Source: Saccostrea echinata
Lineage: Eukaryota
DNA: 64,000 nt
Direction of reading: 5' to 3'
Assembly (NCBI RefSeq): GCF_033153115.1
Contig: NW_026889777.1
Location: 9,362,001 to 9,426,000, forward strand
Position numbers and translations under genes: made by a program. Under the pieces are notes generated by a model. That model did no database searches. It saw only the letters and a program-made list of their open reading frames with translations, and had not been told where the DNA came from. Positions 38,002 through 51,928 of the stretch are shown here, piece after piece. Each line of letters begins with the position of its first letter. Position 1 is the stretch's first letter.

Positions 38002-38488
38002 GTAAATACTGACTGTCATTTCTTGATTCTTCACTAATGAAACCTTACAAATAATTAACATCATTATAAAATATAACTAAATAAAATTTTTATTTATTTA
38101 ATTGATTTCCCCTTGAATGAATTGACGAAAATAAAAAAAAAATTGATCATACTCGGAGCATGCTCTTGAGTATCAAATAAGTTTGGAGACATTTACACAA
38201 TTATGTAGGTGATATTGGAAAATAACTACATAAATAAAGTAAGTTGACAATGGAAAAGCAGAAGTCATCTCTTTTGTCATACAATTTAGTTGTTAAATTG
38301 CCTTTATCATCTATAGTCAGTAAAATATCCATCTATCTGACAGTGTATGTTTTTAGGATTTTGATTAATATCTGTATTGTTTATATACACTGTAGTACAT
38401 TAATTTATTCGTCTTTTCTATCTTAATTTGCCCATGATTAGATTTTTCAGTTACAGATAGTTTTTTCATTAAATTTTTGTGTTCTGAG

Positions 38489-39296
38489 TAGTGTTGTGAA
38501 ATTGGACGATTTTCAGTAACCGGTTACTCGCTTACTTTTCCGATCGAGTAACCGGTTACTCGGATGGTATTTCTTTAGATCTCAAATCATCATTTTTCGT
38601 GGTATATATGTTCAGTGGTAACTGAAATACATTTTGTATATGTAATGTTGTTAACATTTCTATATAAATCTTAATATCATTTGTATACCGGTATACTAGA
38701 TAAAATACAACTGCACTGCTTATGAACTTTATTCTTAATTACAAACTCACATCATTAAATATCTTCTAAATATTTTTTTCTCGAACACCCGTAATAGTTT
38801 GCTGTTTTGTGGGATGTCCTTTATAATATATCGCTTGTTTCAGAGTTAAATTTCAATCTTAGGTGGTTTAGCATATGTGTTGTCCCACCCATATATGTTA
38901 AATCCATTTCAAATATTTTACACCTTACGGATTTAAATTCAGTCAAATTTAAAATTATTTGATGCATATGGTGGTGTCCTCTTTAATCTTGTACTACACA
39001 CTAGCGCATATTTGTGTGAAGTAATTATAATTAACACAAGGCTTTAAAATTTGAAAGCCACCAATAAGATAAACTGTGAAATACTTATCAAAACAAATTG
39101 ATCGTATTTGTAAAACGCTAGGTCGAGCCTATCGTTAAATATTGGTAAATAAAATAAGGAAATTTAAAAACAAAATAACATTTTTCCTGCTTATTTAAAA
39201 ATGTAAAATTTTATATATCTGAGTAGCAGTTTTACTAACCGATACTCGCATCGTTCGATGGTTACCCGGTTAACCGGGTACTTGTTGACAACACTA
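38489..39296. mobile_element. hAT (Ac-like) non-autonomous element with 8-bp TSD
   Basis: GTTCTGAG|TAGTGTTGT...ACAACACTA|GTTCTGAG with subterminal GTAACCGGTTAC palindromes. Confidence 0.9.
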
Positions 39297-42200
39297 GTTC
39301 TGAGAGATTGTGACAAATGAATAATGACTTACAGTACTGTAGATCACCATTTTTTCGTGAGATGGTCATTTGGTATTTATATGTGATACGTAATTTTTTC
39401 AAAATTCGGATAATGGTCTTGTATAATCTTTAGTAAATACAAATAAATGTGAAAAATTAAATTTTCACGAGCAGGCAGTCTCGCGTAATTACCCAGAAAT
39501 TTAAAGTAAAATGTATTGACTCTCTATATTTACTGCAATGGTTGGAAAAGACATTGAGAAAATGACCATTGCATTATTTGTGCTAAAACATGTATATTTT
39601 TTTCGTGAAGTAATGTACATTCTAGTAGATATGTACTTACTGACTCTATACAATGATTAGCCGTACAGTCATTAGTACTTATTACTGGAGATTAATGCAG
39701 AAATAGGTGTGGTAGATAACTTTCGTCTTATGAGACAATTATCTTTGTTTATATAGAGGTTGTTTATATAGAGGTTTAGTGGTGCAGGGTTTGTACAGTA
39801 CATATTTTTCATTACACAAGAATTAAGGCAAGGATAAAAATACAGCTGAGAGGAAAAGGATGTTGCAGTTAATCCGCCACATGTGGGCCAGAATTTCAGG
39901 TTATTTATACATTACTGTGTCAAAATACACATTGAATTTTATCAAATTTAATTAAAATACAATTGAATTAGAATACAATTGCTGAGTTTGTTCATAAAGA
40001 AAAAAATATTTAATTGCCATGATTTGGGATCATAATGATGAAAGAGAGTCAGAAAATTTGGGCTGTAATCTTCTGTTTTAAGATGCTGTGAGTTAAAATA
40101 AATTACCGATAAATGATGGATCCCGATGTTCAATACCATAGCCTAAGTTCCACCGAGAAGTGAGCTTTATTGTCAGAGTTATTTCCCTTTTGTAGACTGA
40201 TCTGTTCAGACTAAGATGTTAAAACAGAGTCCATAATTTGAAGTGAGAGGTGATAGATAATAACCAAAGATTTATGAAGCTATTTTTGGCCTGCTATTTT
40301 TGTTGCTTGTGTGGAAACACCATATTATATCTATGCAGATAGATTTATTTAGGGGTTGGGGAGGGGTGCATTTTTTTGGGGGGGGGATATTTGGGGGTTG
40401 GGGAGGGGTGCATCTCCTGAATATGATAACTTGGTAAACTTTATGGCCCATAAACCTTTGCTTCAATATCAAGGATATGCTGGTCCAAAGCTTTGATTCT
40501 CAGGTTTGATGAAGGGGTAGATGGCAGTACTAATTAGGAGCAAAAAAATGTATTAAACCAACTGCTGAAGTCAGTAAGATTACATCCCCAGTGTAACCAA
40601 GAATTTTAAATTAAGAAACAAGGGTTCATATTTTTTGTTTAGAGCTACAAGGTACATATTGTAAATGAGACCAAAACAATATTTTTTATGTAAAAAGAGG
40701 AAAATATTGAATTTTCTTGGAGCAGGAAATGTTACTCCTACATCAACATTATAATACATTAAGACATGCTTATAGTAAAGTGCCAGGGAGGAACAGGTTT
40801 ACTTCATTATAAATATATTAAAATCCTTTTTTATAAACTTAATTTGTTATATTCGTTAATTTCACAATGTGTTTTAAATCCTCAGGGAATGAAAAATCAC
40901 TTCACTGTATGTGTGAATTTGTTTCAAGTGTGTTCATTATAAGCATTTTTTACTGTAACTCCAGGTCTATGTTCCAAGCAGATAATGTTTACTATGTAAA
41001 ATAAAATGTTGCATTTAGGGGCATCAAAACCCTCAACAATTGATTTCGGATATTTTTTGAAGTTTGAGCTTCTTTTTAAAAGCAAATGCTGCAATAGTAT
41101 GCTATCTTTATATAACCATTAAGTCTTTAAAGTGCACAAAAAATATCTCCCCCATAAATATATATGGGTGTTTCCTGATCTTGGTCGCTGATGGTTATCC
41201 GAGAGAAGATAATCCTGGTTGATGAACATCACGTAACATTAGTGATGACAGGTGTGACCCCGTTACCACAGAAACAGGGTTAGCCTAAAGGGGAGATAAC
41301 TCCCTAATGTGAAGTTTGATGAATGATGGAGTAGAACAAATGTAGCAGTGTCCTCAGGAAAATAGGGCAGTGACTTGGGGTTTTTGTTTATTTTACAAAA
41401 AAAATGTGTGAATGGAAAGATGTGTTGTTTGTGATATTTTATATTCCTGGTGTTGGGAGTTGCTGAATTCAAGGTTTTGGCCTCACTTAGATGAATAGTG
41501 AACAATTCTTGAATATACATGTACATGGATTTGAAATGTGTGATGTTTTAAATACTGATCGATTCATGTCTTTTGTTGGATATCTAGTACTGATTCAAAA
41601 AAAATTGATTGCGTCTTTTTTTTTAAAAAATGATAGCTGCAGCTTAAAAAAGATTTTGAGATAAAATACGTGTGGGAGTCAGATTTTGAATGAAAATCCT
41701 GTAGTATATAGAAACAGGAGATGCCTGAAATCAGTGAAACATGGGGGAAAGTATAAGTTGACCTTAAGGCAGAACTTAAAACATCTCTGGCAAAATTCCT
41801 TGATTTGGTACAGAAGGATTGGGTAGTGGAGACACCGTGAATTGAAATGATTTTGGCAGATTAATGACAGAGATAAGCAAGGCCTGATGGATGTTACTAG
41901 TGATCATACAGATTGAAGAATAAAGATTTCCTCAGTCAGACATTGGGATTTTCACTTCATTGATGTTGCCTGGCATTGTCTGATGAGGGATAGGATAACC
42001 TTATTGTTTGTCATTGCGGCAGTGGCTGTCATCAAATTAAGTCTCGAAAAGAAGAGAGAGAATTAAAGTTTTTCTTTTTTTGTCATCTTTCGTGTTTGTC
42101 ATATGGTAGTTGTAATCATCAAAAAGTAAAGTTTTTAAATGTTTTTTTTTTCTTTAAATCACATTTTGTCACAACCAATCATTCTATGGCATACATTCTG

Positions 42201-43235
42201 CATTGTATTATGACCTGTGAACTGTAAATGTTAACATTGGAGTGCAGCAAAATTTGTTAACACTGACAATGTGCAAGATTTACTTGTCATAAGTTGAGAG
42301 AAAAGGTTTGTTTCTGAAGTTAATGAAAACCTTCTGTTTGTCTCTTTGAAGCAGAGATGGTGTTTATTGGGAGATGTTTTGTGGTTGATGATGCTAGATG
42401 ATGTACTTCTTTATTTCAAGACAGTGTATGCATCCACCAATTACATTACATGTTAGAGTGCGTCTTGACCACATGTAGATTGATTTACCAATATGATTGC
42501 GATTGTTGAAGAGGAAGGAATTGTTTGTGAAAAATAAGATTTTATTTTCGGATTGCACTTAGTGCTCCTTACTGTTTTTTGATGTTTTTGGATTTTTTTT
42601 TATTGTGCATATGTATTCATTTCAAGGATATTTGTGCCTATAAAGTTTGGGAAAATTGATGAGTTATGCAGATGTATGTTGAAGATAAGTAATTTTTTTA
42701 TTTGGCAAAGTTAGTACAGCGCAAAAGCAGATGGCAGATATGTTTTCTGTTTTGTAACAGTTCGCGGATTTATTATCACACGTTTATCAGAATTTTGGGT
42801 GATTAGCAGGTCACTATACTTTCACATTTACAATATTTTATTAGTCTTGGAACAAGATTTTACTTTTTTGAGTGCTCTGTGACATTGAAGTCCATCCAGG
42901 ATTTTATGAGTTGTGTGTTAATTTGTGCTAATTGGAATTAAACCAAAATGAGATTGAAGTAGCAGTGGTATATTTGGAAGGTGTTTATATTGTGACAGAA
43001 TATGAACACTTTGGATAAATCAAACTTTTGAAACTCTGTGAGCACCAGGAACACTTGGAGTGATTATGTTGGTTTATAATTTTTATTTACCCCCCAAAAA
43101 TCAGATTCGAGATTGTAATTGAAAAATTCAGGAACATTGTGTTGTTGTGAGCAATTTACCCAATTTGAATGGTTGGGTTGATGAAAATAGGAAGTGAAAA
43201 ATTGTCAAATCAATTGGTTAAGACCGGCACAAATT

Positions 43236-43368
43236 ATGGCCACTTGGTCGACTTCCCCGTCATCATGGAGGGAATTATGGGATAGATTTGTTGCCCACTT
43301 GGATAAAAAATTAGAATCTCTCCGAGAAGCAAGATGGAATCCCCCAAGACTCTCCGTGAGGTTTCCAG
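43236..43368 (+). CDS. Candidate alternative first coding exon of the PTPN4-like gene (MATWSTSPSSWRELWDRFVAHLDKKLESLREARWNPPRLSVRFP)
   Basis: ATG in context ATTATGG, an open and protein-like frame, ending at CAG|GTAACT in phase 1. This splices in frame to the acceptor before 51918 (G|AG CTG CAC AGC ATG). Confidence 0.55.
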
Positions 43369-43799
43369 GTAACTTGCAGCTTATTGATAGGTGCAATACT
43401 AAATTTAGATAATATCTTCACGAAGTCAGCAGTATGCTTAATATGCTTAACTTTAATCTCATTTCTATCATTACTGATTAATATTAATATACATGTCTGG
43501 TGTTGTAAGATGGATCTATTTCCTTGGGTAGCAGCCTTAGACTGCTGTGATAACTCAGATTCTACTGTGTACTATATTTTTGGGTCTCATAGACCCTGGA
43601 CTCACAGACACCATGGACATAGTGAATTACTCTGAAGCTGTGTTTTCCTATTGCAGTTTTCCTTACATCTAAATATTTTCATTAATTCTTTGAAAGAGCA
43701 CAAAACCTTGCCTACATGTAAGGAGCTATTAGTTAATATATTTGGTTATCCAAAGCAGTTTTCTAGTTTTGAGCACTTGCTAAGATGCTTTACACCATT

Positions 43800-44332
43800 A
43801 TAACCCCTTACGACCACTAGTTCCCCCTACAAACCACTACTGTAGATCCCTGTATACACCACTCTAGTTCCCCATATCCACCATTTTAGTTCCTCCTATC
43901 CACCACTGTAGTTCCCCACATCAACCATGGTAGTTCCCCTATCAACCACTGTACGTTCCCTGTATCCACCACTCTAGTTCACCATACTCCCCATGATAGT
44001 TCCCCTATCCACAATGGTAGTTCCCCTATCTACCTCTGTAGTTCCCCTATCCACCACTGTAGTTCCTCCCTTCACTCTCCTATGTATCCCCCATGCCCAA
44101 CACTAGTTCCCCCTACCCACTGCTGTAGTTCTCCCCTTTATTTATTTCCGTATCCCCCCTATACCCCTTCTATATCCCACCACTAGTTCTTATTACCAAC
44201 CAATCTTATTCTCCTACTCGCCATTTTAGTTCCCCCCCCCCTCCACCCCCACCATCCACTTTAGTTCCCCCTTCCACGAATTTTAGTCCTTCCTACCCAA
44301 CTCTCCAATTTCACCTTCCAACCACTTTAGTT
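43800..44332. repeat. Degenerate ~21-bp C-rich minisatellite
   Basis: Repeated CCACCACTGTAGTTCCCCTAT-like units. Confidence 0.8.
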
Positions 44333-46737
44333 CAATTTCATGAGTGTTAACTCAAACCAATTATCTTTGCACAGATTTAACATCAATTAAGTCATTTGAA
44401 AGAAGAATTTTCTATCACTGTCCTTGCTACTCTTAAGGCCCATATTCTATGGAAATCTGTCCCCTGACTTTCTGTCAATCTCTCAATCAAGTGCATAAAG
44501 CGTGCTTCTGAATAATGGTGTGTTGCTGACATCCATTGTAGGAGATGGCAGACTGCTGACATTTAAAACTAGAACATGCCACAATGTAAACTCTGTGCTT
44601 TGATTAATTCTGAAAATGATGTAATGTTTCACTTTGAATGGTTACATTGTATTTGGACTCCAAAAGACCTTATAGAAATGTTTCTCCCAAATGGTTTGAA
44701 AAATGAAGAGATATGAAATGTTTCAGATCAGACATTGATTATTTCTTCATTTAATGTATTTTTTTTTTTAAATTTTCAATATAGAAATGATTTTCAAGGC
44801 ATAGAGACCTAGGCAGAATGATGGGATGTTTACTGGGTCTGTATTAATATTTACAGGACAAAGGTCAAGGTCATACCTAAATTTAATGAGAATTGACTAG
44901 TATAACAGTTTAAGGATACAATTCTTCCTAATTAATGCATTTATATTGTACATTCTAATTGTAAAGGTTATTTATTTAAAAAAATAAATAAAAATAATAA
45001 TTGAATATATAAATAAAATAAATTGGTCTGCATGGAGAAAGAATGTCAAGCTCACGTATTTCTGAAATATTTTAGAATGTACATACTTTCTAGATTTTCC
45101 ATATGTGTACTTATAGTGACATTCAACCACTATATGTAATCCTAAATGTTGAAGCATTATTTCGTATTGTATTAATTTAACATGTTTAATTAAATATGAA
45201 TGTTAAAATGAAATATTTTCATTATCATATGATGAACCTTTTTTAACTTTTGTTCTTAATTATTTTATTCCCCCCTCCCCCCCATAAGATTACACAACTG
45301 CCAAAAAACAAGACGAAGTTTGTTAATAGCATTGATTCAATGAAAAACATGTGAAAATGCTTTAGCCTGGAAAGATATATTGTTTACGTTAAAAAAAAAA
45401 AGTTCAGAATTGTTCAGAGTGTAAAAGCGAGAGTTTTAATTGAATCTATTAGCTGGCATAGGTAACTAACTGTACAGAGCTAGCGCTGGAGTTGAGGCTG
45501 TAAGCATTGAAGGGAAGGCAGTGAAGAAATGTTATTCAGTTAGTGGAATATTTCAGATGTTAAATTTGTGCATCTGATTTCTATGTGAAGAAGGGCATTA
45601 AGGAATTGCAATTCATTTAGCAGCAGATTTTGAATGTTCAATTTGTGCATCTGAATTCTGCATGAAAAATGGAGTTTAATTCTGAGATGGACTGGAATTT
45701 TATTCTTATACTGTAAGTAAATGGGTAGAAAACTAAGCTTACATTAAAGAGGAAGTTGATTTTACTTAAGGAGAAAAAAAATCACTATCTCGTTCAGTTT
45801 AGAAATTTAAAGAATTGACATTGGTTCTGTAATGTGATTGCAATATCAAATTGAGAATATCTCGAGTATTTTCAAAAAAAAAAAAACACTAGAACGGAAA
45901 CATGACATGAATCATCTTAATTGTTTTCTTAATTATTGTTGTGAAGCTTGCACATCTACATACTGCGCAATATATCTTTGATAGGCTGTAAATATCCTGG
46001 TGTCCTACAAATGCTGTTAATGAAATCTGAACATATATATATTAAACTGTTTTCCATTATGTGTCTGTTCTATTAAATGTAGAGCCCAATGTCCGTCGGT
46101 GTAGCCTGCTTGGTATGGACATATAATATTTCATTTTATTCCAATGAACTACTTTTTTTTCCTCCATTCTGGAGGTATTAATTGTTGTGAACTGTCATTG
46201 GGGATCTTTTCCAAGGAAGTTCTGCTGCTACTGCTAAGTTCAAAGCCATTGATGTTGTTTTTTTTCAGGAGAAATCAATTTTTTAAAGAGAGATTTCATA
46301 GCCATGCAATCTCGCATGATAAAGATGAAATCGAGCTGAATTGAGAGAAGGGAATTGAAAGGACATTTGAAAATTTTTTGGTCCATTCTGCGTTAAGGAT
46401 GATAATAGAGGAATTTTTCTCTTTGCTGACGTATGATTTGGATCTATTTATCGTACAATATTTTTAATACTTGGAGTACAATATCTGTGAGTTTCCTTGG
46501 AATTTAAGTCATTTTTTTGCAAGTAGGTGTTTGCTTTCTGGTGGGATATGATTTGAATATCAGCAGAGAAGCCAGAATTCCTAAATGAGATTCCTTTGTG
46601 TTTTTCTTTTACATACAATGCTTTTGACCATAATTAGACATGTAAACATGATTCTTATTGGGGAAGGAAACGCTGTTCAGTCTATGGAGGCTCAATTTAC
46701 ATTCTAATTCTAGGATTAATTTAAAGTTAAGGGGGAG

Positions 46738-46807
46738 ATGAATGGCGGAAGCTCAGACTATCTGTATGAACAATCACAGGAAGCGGTCCTCGAGGAGGAA
46801 GAAGATG
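46738..46807 (+). CDS. Candidate alternative first coding exon of the PTPN4-like gene (MNGGSSDYLYEQSQEAVLEEEED)
   Basis: GAGATG start, 23 codons + 1 nt, donor ATG|GTATGT in phase 1, in frame with the 51918 acceptor. Confidence 0.45.
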
Positions 46808-49800
46808 GTATGTCTGAGAGAAGTTCTAGGTCATGGAATTTATACTGGAGTCCAGTTATGTCAATTGATGTTACAAATTCTAAGTAGACATGACTCCCAA
46901 CTGCCTGTAAATGATTTTATGTTTCATTTATATATATCTTAATTCTGTGGTCTGTAGAAACAATCTTATAGGTAAAAATATCCATGGATATTGGAATTCA
47001 ACTCTGCCAACTCAAAAGGATGAAACACAGATAAAAAAAAAAAAATGGAAATGGGGGAGAACAAAGGAAGTTTGGGGAATATACATTCGGATGACACGTT
47101 CCTCAGTAAGATATAATTTTTTCTCAAGAAATTTGTTGAAGAATTGCTACAAGAAGGTTCTTCACAAAAATGGTTCAGAAATGGTCCAAAATAAGGTACA
47201 TAACCAGATATTGGTGCAAAATACCAGATGATGTTGTTTCTTATATAATCCTATTGGAAATCACGTAAAATGCTAATATCTCATTTTTATTACTGTATAT
47301 TTTTTTCTAAGCACTTTTACAACAGTTTAGAATTTACAAGAATGAAGATAATTCTAGAAATTTTTGGTATGTTACAAAAAGATACAAAAACAGATATTTG
47401 AGGAACATGTTGTCAAACCTTTAACAGTACTTCCAGTTGACATTGGAAGTAAGTATATCGTTCAACAAAAAATGATGTCAGACATCTTTAGTGAAGATGA
47501 TTATTCAAATTCGTGCTGATATCTGCAGAAATGAGTACTTCTGGTTAAAGTTTAGAGTCTATGATACAGGTGAAGAGAGGAATAAATGGATGGGGGTTGG
47601 TAGGATTAACATAGCTTTGTAATTGTTTAGATTGTTCAGGGCATGCAATAACTGTTTACTCTTGACACCTGGGGATAAGATATTCACAGAATGTTTTGCA
47701 TTTTTTGACTCATTTGAAGAATTTCTCTGTAGTTCTTTTCTCTTATGATGGTACCAATAACCTCGGCTCTTATTGTAATGGGGAACACACTGACACCACA
47801 CAAATGAAGTGGAATCAAAAGAATCAGACTAAATTATCTCCCTCTGTTGGGAAATTACTCCCAAGATCTTTGTAATTTCTCTAAAGCACTGGAAATTACA
47901 CAAAAGTGTTGTACACTTCTATAAACATTGTACATGTTGTGTAAGTAATTCAGATGTTAGGCGAACTCTGTTGTACACTTCTATGACTTTTGTAATGTAA
48001 ATAATTCAGGTGTTCCAAACTCTGTTTAGAATTGGAGCAGTCAGACATTACATGCAAGTCATTCTTTTCTTAGAATTTTAAAGTAGCTCATTGTGGCCCC
48101 ACCTCAGATAAAGGGGCCATATTTTCACGGGGATACCCGTATTATCAATATAGTACAAGATTATCTAAATCCACTTCTCTTTTTCTCCTTCGTGCTTTAT
48201 GCTTTTGAGAACATTTTCTTAAATGTATGGATTTCTTTGTAAACACAAGTTTTTGAAACAGATAACGGGAAACCTGATTTTATAGTTAAAGCTCAGAAGG
48301 TAAAAGCATGATGGTAAAAATACCCAGTAGTGCAGTAGTTGAGAATGCTGCTATGACTTTTTGTGATTTCTTCTGTTTTCTTTTAAGAAGAATGAGTGAA
48401 TGAACATTGCTTTTGTAAGATAAACCCTACAAGCTGAACTATATGTCTCAGCCATCAAATTAGCTTGCTGTAGGGTAGGAGGTGCTAGGCCGATTAATTA
48501 AGAACCAATTATAATTCTGGCACCGAATCAGCATTCTGATCTGTGAGACCATGCCCCAGCAAGTTTTTTTTGGCCATTGATAAATAGGGGAAAATTTTAC
48601 CTTCCCGTCAAAATATCATACAAACAGCAAGTGTCTGCAAACAGTTTATTTTAATTAGGTACAGCATGTGCAGGTGGAAGACTATTACAGACTGAATATA
48701 ATCAATAGATCTTTTGTTTATCCATCTGCTTTTCCTGGAGATGTAGACGAAATGCAGTTCAGTAAATTTCCTTGCATCATGCGTGTTAGAGATGCACAGA
48801 TAATCAATTGTCAACGTATAAGTAAATGGTTGATACTATATATACATATATTACATAGACTTCTACAGGAAATTGGACAATTTTTTTCTTGGGTAGTTTA
48901 TTTTGTTGTTTTTTTTTAGAAAAGTCAATGAACCTACTTGCTTTGCTAAATCTCCGACGAAAAAAAAATTTCTTTAGTTGTACTGACTTGAATAATGATT
49001 TCAGTTTTGTGTTTTCCGTGTCTGTCAATCTTGTAAATTTAACTGAGGAAATTTGAACACTTCAACAGCAATAGTTCTCTGCTGTTAGGAATTGACTCTA
49101 TGATAATAATTTAACAAAAGAAATAACTTCTCTTTGTTGACTCATATTGATTACATCCATCTGAACTTGCAATAAGACCATTCCCTACTGCATTTTAAGC
49201 TTATTTCAGCAGGAAGCTCCTGTATACTGTATATAAGGATATACATGTACTGTATATCTACGCGGTATTTTTTCTCGGTTTGATACACGGTCCAAAATCT
49301 CCACTTTATGTTCAGTTCATTTTTCGGTCGGGATCGTTATTCAGTCAGGTTTAGCATAGGTAAAAACATGTTACTCGGCATAATTAAGTATCAAAAACAT
49401 AAATTTGTGAGGACTGATAGTTTGTAAAATAATCTTTAACAGTCAAATCATTCTAATCAATTTTTTCTAGTCAATTTGCATGTAAATTAAGTGACTAGAT
49501 TTAGTAAAAGAAACGTAAAACTACGTTGAATTTGTTTGTTTTATCAAAATGAATTGTATCGAAAATAACTGTACCGAGACAAAATTATACGGTACGTACC
49601 GTACCGTGAAGGAGGCATATCGTTTCACCCCTACTGTATATAGGGAAATTTTAGCCCCAATTTTATTTTTGCACCATCAGTGGGTGAAATCAAAACAAGC
49701 AAATGTACAAGAAAAGGTTATTTCTGGTTTCTTTTAACACAATTGTGTCTAGATGGCTTTGCAAATTTATTAAATAATCCCCCCCCCCCCCCCAACAATT

Positions 49801-50637
49801 GGTCAAAAATAACACAGTGCAAAAATAATCCTGTATAGTATTAGAGTATTATTGTCAACATTGCTAAAATTTTAGGACCTTGACCTTTTTCTTTTGACCT
49901 TGACCTTGATTTTTTAAATTTTCCGTAGACATGATGTAGCAAATTTTATGCAACTTGGCTAATGCAGATTCATATTTTTCATATGTTGATTAAAATTGTT
50001 GCTTTAGGAACTGTTCCATTGTAATGGGATTCACAGCAACATACAGACCTGACTAGACACTACAAGATTTTGATAAATGCCTTCCAGAGTATTTTGGTTG
50101 CAAGAGAATCTCTATATGATGTATTACTAAAAAGTCTAGTGGATATGGTGTTTTCTGAAATAATAGCTGCTGGGACTAAACTGGGCGATTAATGTGTTAG
50201 GGGACTGAAGCATGGCAGATGAGAAGCCAGCATTGATTTCTGTGTATTTTATGACACTATTGAATTTTCTTACATTAGCCACAGAAACACATTATATAAC
50301 AGTGCTTTGGCATCAGTTAATTTACAGGGGCTGCATTTAAAGAGGACATTATAATGTACAGGGTTGACACTTTATTGTTGGGCTGTGCAGTGGAGGAAAC
50401 ATATTATCAGGATTTAGGGGAGCCCTAGTAATTTTGCTTTTTGGGAGAAAGTGATATTTTATATGCTTAGCTCTGAAGGGAAAAAAACATTTGTGGAGCA
50501 AAAGCTTATCTCCCCCCAACCACCCTAATCCTGTGTAGAAGAGCAAAAACCTAGTTTGCTAGTTCATCGATTAATTTCTTGAAAATTTGACAATTCTTTC
50601 ATGCAATAATAGCCCCCCCTTCTCACCCTCATCAATA

Positions 50638-50651
50638 GTAACCATGGTAAC
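50638..50651. promoter_or_regulatory. RFX X-box motif
   Basis: GTAACCATGGTAAC fits GTNRCCATGGYAAC. Function is untested. Confidence 0.3.
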
Positions 50652-51928
50652 AGTGCTAAACCTTAGGCTTTAAATAAGTCCACTTTTATATTATACCAGG
50701 TTTGTTGTTTTAAAGTGAAAAGCCGAAGTATAAATGAAACAAGCTAGTATACATGTACATGTAGACTTTTCAGTCAAAGAATTCTTAAGAAATTAATGGT
50801 TAAAACTCTCGGTCTTTTTTCCATTTGGGAGGGGTGGAATCCCTAATTTCAGAGATTTCACTCGAATAATCTTTTGAATACCTAATATAAGATGCTTTTC
50901 CTGAATACTGGCATGTCCTCATTTCAATGCATAGCTTCAATATAAATTGAAATATTAATTATGACTACAGCTTGCAAGTATTACCCATAAGCACATAGGT
51001 GAAGGGTTCAAGAAATGAAACCTCAGTCAAGACAGCTTCCTTGAAGATTCAAGGAGCCATTGTAAAACAGCAGATTTCCTGAATGTGTCCTTATTGAAGT
51101 CCCTTGTTAAGCATCCAGTTTGTGGTTATGAAGTAAGAATGATTGGCATTTCCTAATGGCCTCTTGTTACAACTTCTTGTGCCATTGAGGTGAAACTTAT
51201 GATAAGATGTCTGTTCAGCGTTGGATCTTTGATGGAATTTAAGGGTTGGAGAAAATTACCCAAATGATTGAAAAAATAGTTTATTGCTCACAGGGGTTAA
51301 TGATAGGAGTTGATCTTGTCTGTTTGTTTGTCTATCTTATGTTATAGAAAAACTTTATTTTTTGTCAAGGTCAAAGTTACTGCTGCCTTATAAGGTCAAA
51401 GTTGTAAGGTCAAGTAAGAATTTGCTGTCACCAGAGACAAAATCCGCAAACCTACCCTGTTTATTAGGCTTGTAGGGGAAGCGGAAGAAGCCAATAGATG
51501 ACAAGATTAAAAATACAAAAAAAATGGGAGAAATTAATTTTAGGCAAAATGGGATAAAAATATTGATGATTACACATGTATTTGTTTCATTGAATTTGAT
51601 AAGTTTGACTAGAAATCAAACTAAACATTAATCATATTATTAGGTGGAACATATGCACAGTTTATTTATGTTTACCATACACATGATACTTGTGGAAAGA
51701 TAGTTTTGTTTATGAAATGAACATTAGAATCAGAAGTGTATATGATAAGCCAGCTGCTAGGTTGAAGAATGAATATAAACTCATCTTAAAACTCATTAAA
51801 TTAAAAAAAATATTCTGTAACCATGTCAATGATTAAACTTTTTTTTATCTTGCACAGCTTTTCTAATAGTACACTTGAGTAACGAGTCCTCTAATGAAAA
51901 GAATTTATTTTTTGTAGAGCTGCACAGC

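Noticed and set aside
45669-45712. ATG-initiated exon ending at CT|GTAAGT
   Set aside because: It is phase 2 and out of frame with the PTPN4 acceptors. It may be a non-coding 5' exon, but coding status is unsupported.
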